From assembly GCA_964431315.1 (NCBI GenBank), contig CAYSJH010000001.1, forward strand, positions 22,688 to 86,687: 64,000 bases of DNA, given 5' to 3'. The notes under the pieces are model-generated. The model saw only the letters and a list, made by a program, of their open reading frames with translations, was not told the DNA's origin and ran no database searches. The position numbers and the translations under genes are program-made. This document shows, in pieces, positions 39,304-48,313 of the stretch (positions within the stretch are counted from its first letter, which is position 1; every line of letters begins with the position of its first letter). The DNA is from an uncultured Bacteroides sp. (GTDB taxonomy: Bacteria; Bacteroidota; Bacteroidia; Bacteroidales; SM23-62).

Positions 39304-39867
39304 ATGCAAAGAACATTCATAGCCCTGAAGATCACCCCGGAAAAGGAAATGTACGATTGCATCATGACCCTGCAGGAGGGGTTGCGGCGGGAGAAGATCA
39401 AATGGGTCGACCCGGGCAAATTGCACATTACCCTGCGTTTCCTGGGGGATACAGACCCGCAGCAGGTGGAAGATACTTCAAGGATCCTGGAAAAGACCGT
39501 TTCCGGTTTCGCGTGTCCGGAGGTGGTTTTCGGGGGACTCGGACTCTTCCGGAACATCCGGGATCCGAGGGTGCTCTGGATCGGCATGGATCCCGGTCCC
39601 ATTCTTCCCGAACTGAAGGAAACGCTGGACCGGCTCCTGGCCGGCATCGGGTTCCCTCCCGAAGACAGGAAATTCAAACCCCACCTGACCCTTGCCAGGA
39701 TCAAATTTATAAAAAACAGCGATGTCCTCGAAAGCCTTCTCGGGGAGTACAGGGATACGGTTTTCCAGAAAGACCGTATCGGTGAAATCATTTATTACGA
39801 GAGCATCCTGCGCCCGGAGGGACCGGAATATATTCCCCTGGTAAAGGTTCCTTTCAAAATAACCTGA
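39304..39867 (+). CDS. thpR: RNA 2',3'-cyclic phosphodiesterase (2H phosphoesterase)
   Basis: MQRTFIAL, LHITLRFLG, FKPHLTLARIK. Confidence 0.92.
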   Translation: MQRTFIALKITPEKEMYDCIMTLQEGLRREKIKWVDPGKLHITLRFLGDTDPQQVEDTSRILEKTVSGFACPEVVFGGLGLFRNIRDPRVLWIGMDPGPILPELKETLDRLLAGIGFPPEDRKFKPHLTLARIKFIKNSDVLESLLGEYRDTVFQKDRIGEIIYYESILRPEGPEYIPLVKVPFKIT

Positions 39868-39947
39868 GCCCTGCTGATGGATTTCGTCGGCGATGTTTCG
39901 GGGAAGGCTGATCCCTGGTAAAGGTTCCTTTCAAAATAACCTGAGCC
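39836..39947. repeat. 35-bp perfect duplication of the thpR 3' end with a 42-bp spacer
   Basis: ccctggtaaaggttcctttcaaaataacctgagcc at 39836-39870 and 39913-39947, includes the TGA stop. Confidence 0.92.
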
Positions 39948-39958
39948 TGAGTCTTGAT

Positions 39959-41374
39959 TTAAATGTTCTCCTTCCTGAAAATGGCGAGCAGGGTGTAGAT
40001 CATGATCTGGAGATCTACAAAGAGGGACATGTTCTCGATGTAAAGGAGGTCGTATTTGAGCCGCTTGAGCATTTCATCGACGGTGCCGGCATAACCGTAT
40101 TTCACCTGTCCCCATGAAGTGATCCCCGGCTTAACCTTCTGCAGGTGGACGTAGTGCGGGGCCTTCTCGACGATCTGGTCGATGAAGAACTGCCGTTCGG
40201 GCCGGGGACCCACGAGTGACATTTCCCCCTTCAGCACATTGATAAAATTGGGGATCTCATCGATCTTTCTCTGCCGCATGAATTTTCCGAAATTGGTGAT
40301 GCGGTCATCGTTCTTGCGTGCCAGTTCCGGGCCGTTCTTTTCGGCATCGGCGACCATTGACCTGAACTTGTACAGGGTAAAAGGTTTGCCGTACCTGCCG
40401 ATCCGTTCCTGCTTTAGGAGTATCGGTCCCTTGCTGCTCAGCTTCACCCCGATCATGAGCACGAGGATCAGGGGGGACAGGAGAATAAGCGCCAGCAGGG
40501 AGAAGACCACATCGATCAGCCGTTTCAGGTTTTCCTGCCAGACCGGCATCAGGGCGTGGGTGATCTCGATCAGCGGCAGTCCGAAGATCGAACGGACCCT
40601 TACCTTTCCCGTGAGGATATCGTTTATATCGGGACTGGCCTTTATGATAACCTGTGTGCCGCTCAGGGTGTTGATGATCTCGCTGACGGCCTTGTGTTCA
40701 CTGGTGTCAAGTGCAATGATCACTTCCTCGATCCCGTAATCCTCGACAACCTGTTTTACGTCCGCAAGGGCACCGAGATGTTTTAATTTCCCTTCCAGCT
40801 GGTACTCTCCCTTCGAATTCCCGTTCAGGAAACCCACGATCCGGTTGCCGGTATCGTTGTTCCTGTCCTCGAACTCCCTGTAGATTTCCATCGCCTTGCC
40901 GTTGCTGCCGATCATCAGGGTGTTGAACTGGATGCGATCGCGGCGGATCTGTTTAGAAACGACGTTCGTCAAAATAAGCCTTGGTGTGAGGGTAAGGATA
41001 AACTGGAGTCCCGCCAGGATGAAAAAAGAAGAATAGTAGTCCTTGTACGAGACAATCACATCATCGAGGATCAGGGCAAAGAAAAGTATGACCGTGCCGG
41101 TCATGACAATGATGAGGGTCTGTCCCAGTTCCCTCAATTTGGATTTATGCAGAACGTCCTGGTAGGCCCCCGACAGGTAGTGCAGGGTCAGCCAGAAGAT
41201 GGGGATCATGATGATACCAAGGTAAAACCTGTTGCCCATCTCCAGGGGGATCGCATAGCCGAAAACGTCGGGTTCAACCTGGACCTTGCGGTAAATATAG
41301 AATGCAGTCCAGCTGAGAGCAGCTGTCAGGAGGTCAAACAGGACATACAGTATTACCAGAGTCCTTTTATTCAC
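39959..41374 (-). CDS. Polyprenyl-phosphate sugar phosphotransferase (WcaJ-like priming glycosyltransferase)
   Basis: KRLIDVVFS, KFRSM, DDRITNFGKFMR, DEIPNF, SLVGPRPE, KPGITSWGQV; GTG start. Confidence 0.92.
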   Translation of the reverse strand: MNKRTLVILYVLFDLLTAALSWTAFYIYRKVQVEPDVFGYAIPLEMGNRFYLGIIMIPIFWLTLHYLSGAYQDVLHKSKLRELGQTLIIVMTGTVILFFALILDDVIVSYKDYYSSFFILAGLQFILTLTPRLILTNVVSKQIRRDRIQFNTLMIGSNGKAMEIYREFEDRNNDTGNRIVGFLNGNSKGEYQLEGKLKHLGALADVKQVVEDYGIEEVIIALDTSEHKAVSEIINTLSGTQVIIKASPDINDILTGKVRVRSIFGLPLIEITHALMPVWQENLKRLIDVVFSLLALILLSPLILVLMIGVKLSSKGPILLKQERIGRYGKPFTLYKFRSMVADAEKNGPELARKNDDRITNFGKFMRQRKIDEIPNFINVLKGEMSLVGPRPERQFFIDQIVEKAPHYVHLQKVKPGITSWGQVKYGYAGTVDEMLKRLKYDLLYIENMSLFVDLQIMIYTLLAIFRKENI

Positions 41375-41575
41375 AAGGAAGTGGAAATAGCCAGTTAGTT
41401 TTCATCAGGGCAATGGTACCGAGGACCCTTCCTCGGTCCCCCCGGCCATTTTGTAAACAGTGAAATATGGAAAAAATTGTGCGAATCGACCTATTTTAAA
41501 ACATAGAAAAATCCCTCAGTTGCACATTGGCAGGGTTGCAGCAAAACTTACATCAGACCGGGGGACTGAAACTGG

Positions 41576-42508
41576 TCAGACCTGCACCTCGTGAATGGGA
41601 AGGTTCTCGATCATCTGCCTGGCAAGCAGGAAGGATTGAAGGTACCGTTCGGGGGCGGCAAGGTGGTAACCCTTGTTCAGGATCATCCCGGTGAAATTCA
41701 GGATTTCCTCGACCACGGGATCCGTGGATTTAAGGGGAACGATGAATGATTTTGGCCTTTCTTCTTCTTCCGTCCGGTCCTTGATGACCAGCCGCCTGTT
41801 CAGGAAATTCAGAATGGCATGGCGGTTTTCCTGGTAGAGGTAGCAAACCGATTTGTTCTGTTCGGCATAGCCGTTGCAGGTTATGTTGGCAATGCACCCG
41901 TTGTCGAATTCAATTCTGCCGTGGATGACCCCCGGGAATCCGAAAAGATCGGGCGAGAATACCGTATCATGCTTGGTTACCCGGCCGCGGTTCAGGTGAA
42001 AAATGGTGTCCATGCAGCTGGACAACGACCGCTGGATCATATCCGGGAGCTTATCAACGGGGACGTCGGAGGAGATCCCGATCTGGTAGTCGATAAAAGC
42101 CGGGGTGTGGATGAACGGCTCGGCCGCCAGGAGGACCGGGTCGTAAAGGGACGGTTCCCGCAGCTGGAGCAGCGTGTTTGCTTCCTCGGCAAGCTTGAAA
42201 AGATATTCGAGTTCCTCATCATGCCAGTCCATCGGTTTTTCAAGCAAAATATGCTTGCTGTCCTTAAGTGCTTCCACGATGTAGCCTGAATCAATACCGG
42301 CGGACGACTCAACTATAACGGCATCACAGCTGGAGAGGAATGCCGGGTAGGAGGTAAAAACTGGCAGGTTAAAATGGCCGAGGAAATGTTGAGCCTGCTC
42401 CTGATTGGAAAAGTAACTGCCTGAATAAATGCAGGTTGTGTAACTGCTGATCACCTCACTCAACCTGCGTCCTGAAATGTCCTCCCCGATAATGCCGATC
42501 TTAAGCAT
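41576..42508 (-). CDS. Gfo/Idh/MocA-like protein with a degenerate nucleotide-binding motif
   Basis: MLKIGIIG, HILLEKP, GRIEFDNGCIANIT; divergent from pcm; TATGTTTG -7 box at 42528-42535 (minus strand). Confidence 0.65.
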   Translation of the reverse strand: MLKIGIIGEDISGRRLSEVISSYTTCIYSGSYFSNQEQAQHFLGHFNLPVFTSYPAFLSSCDAVIVESSAGIDSGYIVEALKDSKHILLEKPMDWHDEELEYLFKLAEEANTLLQLREPSLYDPVLLAAEPFIHTPAFIDYQIGISSDVPVDKLPDMIQRSLSSCMDTIFHLNRGRVTKHDTVFSPDLFGFPGVIHGRIEFDNGCIANITCNGYAEQNKSVCYLYQENRHAILNFLNRRLVIKDRTEEEERPKSFIVPLKSTDPVVEEILNFTGMILNKGYHLAAPERYLQSFLLARQMIENLPIHEVQV

Positions 42509-42613
42509 TGAAGATCATGTATTTCTGCAAACATAAAGCATTTAAAATTTCGGATTCCAAATACTTTTCAACCGGGGGACTTTTTTTGTTAAAAAAATAT
42601 CAAATTTGCAGGC

Positions 42614-43258
42614 ATGTTCGATACCTTCCAGCATAAGGGACTGCGCAAGAAACTCGTCGAAACAATACGCAATAAAGGCATCCGTGATGAGCGGATACTG
42701 GAGGCAATCGGGACCATCCCAAGGCATCTTTTCATGGACAGCGGTTTCATTAATTTTTCATACAAGGACCAGGCTTTTCCGATCGGAGGGGGACAGACCA
42801 TTTCCCAGCCCTATACCGTGGCATTCCAGACCGAACTGCTCGAAGTCCGCGCGCGTGACAGGGTCCTAGAAATCGGTACCGGTTCGGGGTACCAGACGGC
42901 CGTTCTGCTCGAACTGGGAGCATCGGTCTATACCATAGAAAGGCAGCGATCGCTGTTCCTGAAGGCCCAGGCGATACTGGGAGAGCTGGGCTACAAGCCC
43001 CATTTCTTTTTCGGCGACGGATACCTGGGGAAGGAGTCCTACGGGCCTTATGACCGGATCCTGGTTACGGCCGGGGCCAGGGATGTCCCGGAATCCCTGA
43101 CAGGGCAGCTGAAGGTGGGAGGGATCCTGGTCGTCCCGGTCGGGGATTCGCTCGAACAGGATATGGTACGAATCATCCGCAGGGGAGATGACGAATTTGA
43201 ACGGACGGAACACGGATCCTTCGCTTTCGTACCCATGCTCAATGGAACTCAGGAATGA
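42614..43258 (+). CDS. pcm: Protein-L-isoaspartate O-methyltransferase
   Basis: GQTISQPYTVA, VLEIGTGSGYQTA, PYDRILVTAGA. Confidence 0.96.
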   Translation: MFDTFQHKGLRKKLVETIRNKGIRDERILEAIGTIPRHLFMDSGFINFSYKDQAFPIGGGQTISQPYTVAFQTELLEVRARDRVLEIGTGSGYQTAVLLELGASVYTIERQRSLFLKAQAILGELGYKPHFFFGDGYLGKESYGPYDRILVTAGARDVPESLTGQLKVGGILVVPVGDSLEQDMVRIIRRGDDEFERTEHGSFAFVPMLNGTQE

Positions 43259-43274
43259 ACAACAATATGCTCTC

Positions 43275-43913
43275 ATGATAAACATCGAAACATTCGTATT
43301 TAATCCCTTCCAGGAGAACACTTATCTTCTTTATGACCATACCGGTGAATGCATCATCGTCGATGCCGGATGTAAGCAGCAGGCGGAAAGGGACAAGCTG
43401 ACCGCTTATATGGAAGAACACGGCTTCAGGCCGGTGAAGCTGGTGAACACCCACTGCCATGTGGACCATATCATGGGCGTGGCTTACCTTGCCCGGAAAT
43501 TCGGCCTGCCGTTCCTGATTCATCCGGCCGAGAAATCATTGCTGCCGCACAGCATGAAACAGGCTGATTTTTTCGGGCTTTCCCTGGAGCCGCCCCCCGA
43601 ACCGCAGGGATTCCTGAATGAAGGCGATGTGCTCGGCTTTGGCGAATCCGAACTGGAGGTGATCCACATACCGGGCCACTCCCCCGGAAGCATACTGCTG
43701 CACTGTCCCGGGCAGAAATTCCTGATTTCGGGAGATGTCCTTTTCCGCGAAAGTATCGGGCGGACGGATCTTCCCGGCGGCGATTACGAAAGCCTGGTCG
43801 GCGGGATCCGTGAGAAGCTTCTGCCGCTTGATCCGGCTACCAGGGTCTACCCGGGCCATGGCCCCTCAACCACCATCGGTGACGAAAAAACCCGGAATCC
43901 CTTCCTCAGGTGA
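43275..43913 (+). CDS. MBL-fold metallo-hydrolase (glyoxalase II-like)
   Basis: NTHCHVDH, PGHSPGS, SGDVLF, PGHG. Confidence 0.93.
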   Translation: MINIETFVFNPFQENTYLLYDHTGECIIVDAGCKQQAERDKLTAYMEEHGFRPVKLVNTHCHVDHIMGVAYLARKFGLPFLIHPAEKSLLPHSMKQADFFGLSLEPPPEPQGFLNEGDVLGFGESELEVIHIPGHSPGSILLHCPGQKFLISGDVLFRESIGRTDLPGGDYESLVGGIREKLLPLDPATRVYPGHGPSTTIGDEKTRNPFLR

Positions 43914-43980
43914 GGTTTCTGTACGCTAAAAAACTATTTTCCAACATAAGGGTTTTGTTCGAAAATCATTCCCAGATTTA

Positions 43981-43988
43981 TATTTTTG
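43981..43988 (+). promoter_or_regulatory. -7 box upstream of gcvP
   Basis: TATTTTTG, with TTTG at 43954-43957. Confidence 0.55.
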
Positions 43989-44011
43989 TGCATTCATAAA
44001 AAATTACCCAG

Positions 44012-46909
44012 ATGGATCTCTTTTCAAACCGGCATATCGGTCCCCGGCAACACGACCTCGCCCCCATGCTCCTGAAGATCGGCGCCGGCAGCATCGATGA
44101 GCTGATCGACCGGACCATACCCGCTACCATACGCATGAAAAAGCCGCTGGACCTGCCCGGCGGGATCAGCGAATACGAGTATTTCAATGAGCTCAGGAAG
44201 CTGGCCGCCGGGAACAGGCTCTACCGATCCTTCATCGGGCTGGGCTACTACAATACGATTTTCCCCGCCGTGATCCAGCGGAACATCCTCGAGAACCCGG
44301 CCTGGTACACTTCCTACACCCCTTACCAGGCGGAGATCTCACAGGGCCGGCTGGAGGCGCTCCTGAACTTCCAGACGATGGTCATGGAGCTGACCGGCAT
44401 GGAGATCGCCAATGCCTCCCTGCTTGATGAGGCCACGGCCGCGGCGGAAGCCATGATCATGATTTTCAATCTGCGCTCCAGGGAGAAGGTCAAATCCGGC
44501 GCGAACCGGTTCTTCGTCGATGCCGGTACCTTTCCTAACACGATCGATGTCCTGAAAACCCGCGCCGAACCCCTTGGCATTGAACTGGTAACGGGATCGT
44601 TCGATGCCGTTTCGCTGGACGGGGGATTTTTCGGTTCCCTGGTCCAGTACCCTTCCGGGGACGGGCAGGTAAGGGACTACAGGGAATTCACACGGAAGGT
44701 CCACGAACTGGACATGCTTGCCGGGGTTGCGGCGGACCTGTTAAGTCTTGCCCTGATCGTTCCCCCGGGGGAATGGAACGCAGACGTGGTGGTGGGTTCC
44801 ACCCAGCGCTTCGGGATCCCGATGGGGTACGGCGGTCCCCATGCCGCCTATTTTGCCACCAGGGATAAATTCAAACGCAGCATTCCCGGCAGGATCATCG
44901 GGGTGTCGGTCGACCGCCACGGAAATCCCGCACTCCGCATGGCGCTTCAGACCCGCGAGCAGCACATCAGGCGGGAGAGGGCCACATCCAACATCTGCAC
45001 GGCACAGGCCCTGCTGGCTACCATGGCCGGCATGTACGGCTGCTGGCATGGTCCCGGGGGACTCCGGCAAATTGCCGCCAGGATCCACCGGGCAGCCTCG
45101 ACCCTGGCAGGGGGACTTGAAAAAATGGGGTACGGGCTGGCCGGGGATCAGGCCGGGAATCCGGCCGGGGGGACCTTTTTCGATACCCTGAGCATTCGCC
45201 TGCCGGAAGGCACGAAAAGCCGGGCCGTTGAAAACCATGCGCTCAGGCATGAACTGAATTTTTATTACCCGGATGAGCATACCGTCCGCATAAGCCTGGA
45301 CGAAACGGTCAGCCTGGCGGATGTCAACCTGATCCTGGAAGTTTTTTCACTGGTCTCGAAGCAAAAATTCACCCCGGTCAGGGAGTTCTCAGAAAACCGG
45401 GACCTGGGTGCTTTTGCCAGGAAATCCTCATTTATGCAGCAGAAGGTATTTAACGCCTACCATTCCGAAACGGAACTGATGCGCTACATCAAGCGCCTGG
45501 AGCGGAAGGATTTCTCCCTGGCCCATTCAATGATCTCCCTGGGATCCTGCACCATGAAGCTGAATGCGGCCATCGAAATGCTCCCCCTGAGCTGGCCGGA
45601 GTTTGCAAACATGCATCCCTTCGTGCCCGTTGCCCAGGCCGAAGGGTACCAGCAGCTTATTAATGAACTGACAAAAGACCTTAAGGAGATCACGGGCTTT
45701 GCGGAGATCTCCTTCATGCCCAACTCGGGGGCTTCGGGGGAATACGCGGGACTGATGGTGATACGGGCCTGGCACGTGAGCAGGGGAGAAGGGCACCGCA
45801 AGGTGGTGCTGATCCCGGCCTCTGCCCATGGCACCAATCCTGCATCGGCCGTCATGGCCGGGATGGATGTGGTGGTGGTCCCCTGCGACGAAAAGGGGAA
45901 CATCGACCCGGAACAGCTTAAATCCCTGGCCGGTGAATACCAGGACAAACTGGCCGCCTTCATGATCACCTACCCCTCGACGCACGGTGTGTTCGAGGAA
46001 CAGGTCATGGAGATGGTGCGGGTGATCCATGATTGCGGGGGACAGGTATACATGGACGGGGCCAATATGAATGCTCAGGTGGGACTGACCAGTCCGGCCC
46101 TGATCGGTGCTGATGTCTGCCACCTGAACCTTCACAAGACCTTTGCCATCCCGCACGGGGGCGGGGGACCCGGAATGGGACCGATCGCGGTAGCCGACCA
46201 CCTGGTCGAATTCCTGCCGACCCATACGCTGGCCGAGACGGGTGGCGTCAACGGGATCCCGGCAGTATCCGGCGCACCCTGGGGCAGTGCAAGCATCCTG
46301 ACCATATCGCATGCCTACATCAAACTGCTGGGTGGAGAGGGACTCACACAATCAACCCGAATGGCCATCCTGAATGCAAATTACCTGGCCGCCTCGCTGG
46401 GGGATAAGTACGGGGTGCTTTATACAGGCAGGAATGGTTTTGTGGGACACGAAATGATCCTTGACTGCCGGCCGTTCAAGCAGCTGGCCGATATCACGGA
46501 AGCCGATGTAGCCAAACGATTGATGGATTACGGATTCCATGCCCCGACCCTGTCCTTCCCGGTCCACGGCACCCTCATGGTGGAACCGACCGAGAGCGAA
46601 TCCAGGGAGGAACTCGACCGCTTCATTGAAGCGCTGCGGAGCATCCATGATGAGATCATGGAGATCAGGGACGGGAAAACAGACCCGTCCGACAACGTGC
46701 TCCGGAATGCACCTCATACGGTTGAAGAGACCGTGTCGGACTCCTGGGAACATCCTTATGGTCGCGAGAAGGCGGCCTTCCCGCTGCGCTGGGTCAGGGA
46801 AAACAAGTTCTGGCCCTCGGTGGCCAGGGTCGACGAAGGCTACGGCGACCGCAACCTGGTCTGCTCCTGCGCCCCGATCGAAGCCTACCGGGAGGGGAAA
46901 TCAGAATAA
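44012..46909 (+). CDS. gcvP: Glycine dehydrogenase (aminomethyl-transferring), P protein
   Basis: YTPYQAEISQGRLE, REQHIRRERATSNICTAQ, LGSCTMKLN, HLNLHKTF, MVEPTESE. Confidence 0.98.
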   Translation: MDLFSNRHIGPRQHDLAPMLLKIGAGSIDELIDRTIPATIRMKKPLDLPGGISEYEYFNELRKLAAGNRLYRSFIGLGYYNTIFPAVIQRNILENPAWYTSYTPYQAEISQGRLEALLNFQTMVMELTGMEIANASLLDEATAAAEAMIMIFNLRSREKVKSGANRFFVDAGTFPNTIDVLKTRAEPLGIELVTGSFDAVSLDGGFFGSLVQYPSGDGQVRDYREFTRKVHELDMLAGVAADLLSLALIVPPGEWNADVVVGSTQRFGIPMGYGGPHAAYFATRDKFKRSIPGRIIGVSVDRHGNPALRMALQTREQHIRRERATSNICTAQALLATMAGMYGCWHGPGGLRQIAARIHRAASTLAGGLEKMGYGLAGDQAGNPAGGTFFDTLSIRLPEGTKSRAVENHALRHELNFYYPDEHTVRISLDETVSLADVNLILEVFSLVSKQKFTPVREFSENRDLGAFARKSSFMQQKVFNAYHSETELMRYIKRLERKDFSLAHSMISLGSCTMKLNAAIEMLPLSWPEFANMHPFVPVAQAEGYQQLINELTKDLKEITGFAEISFMPNSGASGEYAGLMVIRAWHVSRGEGHRKVVLIPASAHGTNPASAVMAGMDVVVVPCDEKGNIDPEQLKSLAGEYQDKLAAFMITYPSTHGVFEEQVMEMVRVIHDCGGQVYMDGANMNAQVGLTSPALIGADVCHLNLHKTFAIPHGGGGPGMGPIAVADHLVEFLPTHTLAETGGVNGIPAVSGAPWGSASILTISHAYIKLLGGEGLTQSTRMAILNANYLAASLGDKYGVLYTGRNGFVGHEMILDCRPFKQLADITEADVAKRLMDYGFHAPTLSFPVHGTLMVEPTESESREELDRFIEALRSIHDEIMEIRDGKTDPSDNVLRNAPHTVEETVSDSWEHPYGREKAAFPLRWVRENKFWPSVARVDEGYGDRNLVCSCAPIEAYREGKSE

Positions 46910-46963
46910 TCACAGGCCATAAAATGGCTATCTTTATAGGAAGGGAAATCTAAATCCAATTCC

Positions 46964-48268
46964 ATGAAACAGGACCGACGTGCTTTTATCCGTGCCGGGG
47001 GAATCACCCTGGCCGTTTCCGGGATCGTCCCGGCCTTTTTACAATCGTGCAAATCAGGGACAGAAGGGTCTCGTGTAAATGAATCCGGCAGCAATGGGTC
47101 CCTGGCCGGCGGATCCCTGCTTGAAAATATGACGGCTGGGATTGAGCCCCTTTCGGATGAGGACTTCCTGGCCAGGCAGGAAAAGCTGCGAAGTCTGATG
47201 CAGGAGAAGGGGGTGGATGCCCTCTGGATCGAGGGGGGAGTGAACATGAATTATTTTTTCGATTTCAGTTGGTGGTTGAGTGAGCGGGTTTTCGGGGTGG
47301 TGCTTCCCGCCCGGGGAGAGCCGGTCTGGATCTGTCCCGCTTTCGAAGGTCCACGGGCAGAGGAGCAGATCCGCTTCGGCAGGGATATCCGGACCTGGCA
47401 GGAACACGAATCTCCCTACCGGTTGCTTGATGACGTTTTCAGGTCGCTTTCATCTCCGACACGGAAAGTGGCGCTGGATCCAAACCTCAGGAACTTCGTG
47501 GCGGAAGGCATAAAACGCGAGTCAAGCGTTGAAAGGGTAGACGGTTCATCACTGGTCAACCTTTGCAGGGGCATAAAGAGCGATAAGGAACTTGCCTTCA
47601 TGGAGCTGGCCAACAATATCACCAAGAAGGCATACCGCTGGGCCTTCTCCCAGATCAAGCCGGGAATGAAGCCCTCCGAACTGCGAGAACTGATCGCTTC
47701 CGCCCATGGCCGGTTGGGCGTATCCGGCTATTCCATGCCCATATTTGGCGCCCAGTCTGCATTTCCGCACGGATCACGCAACGAGGATGAACTCAAAGAC
47801 GGAGATACCATCCTGGTTGACGGGGGATGCTCGGTCGAAGGTTACAGTTCCGACGTAACCCGCACCATCGTCTGCGGGAGTCCGACCGATAAACAGAAGC
47901 GAGTCTTTGAAATAGTTAAAAATGCCCAGGCTGCGGCACATAAAGCCGTACTCCCGGGAATCCGGGCAGGTGAACTGGACCGGATCGCAAGGAAAGTGAT
48001 CGAAGACGCCGGTTACGGTCCCCGGTACAAATACTTCGTCCACCGCCTGGGACACGGTATCGGGCTGGAGGGACACGAATGGCCATACCTGGTGAAGGAC
48101 AATCCCCTTCCCCTGCAAGCCGGGATGACCTTCAGCAATGAACCGGGAATATACATCTACGGGGAATTCGGGACCCGAATCGAGGATTGCTTCGTCGTAA
48201 CCGAAGATGGTGGAAAATTCCTTGGCGGCATGCTCTGCAATTCCCTTGAGGACCCATTCGGGGGATAA
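46964..48268 (+). CDS. M24 Xaa-Pro peptidase family protein, Tat signal
   Basis: DRRAFIRAGG; VDGGC..YSSDVTRT, HRLGHGIG, FSNEPGIY, GTRIED. Confidence 0.92.
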   Translation: MKQDRRAFIRAGGITLAVSGIVPAFLQSCKSGTEGSRVNESGSNGSLAGGSLLENMTAGIEPLSDEDFLARQEKLRSLMQEKGVDALWIEGGVNMNYFFDFSWWLSERVFGVVLPARGEPVWICPAFEGPRAEEQIRFGRDIRTWQEHESPYRLLDDVFRSLSSPTRKVALDPNLRNFVAEGIKRESSVERVDGSSLVNLCRGIKSDKELAFMELANNITKKAYRWAFSQIKPGMKPSELRELIASAHGRLGVSGYSMPIFGAQSAFPHGSRNEDELKDGDTILVDGGCSVEGYSSDVTRTIVCGSPTDKQKRVFEIVKNAQAAAHKAVLPGIRAGELDRIARKVIEDAGYGPRYKYFVHRLGHGIGLEGHEWPYLVKDNPLPLQAGMTFSNEPGIYIYGEFGTRIEDCFVVTEDGGKFLGGMLCNSLEDPFGG

Positions 48269-48313
48269 GGATTCATTCCTTTGTCCTCCTGCGGGCAAAT
48301 TAAAACACACGAT

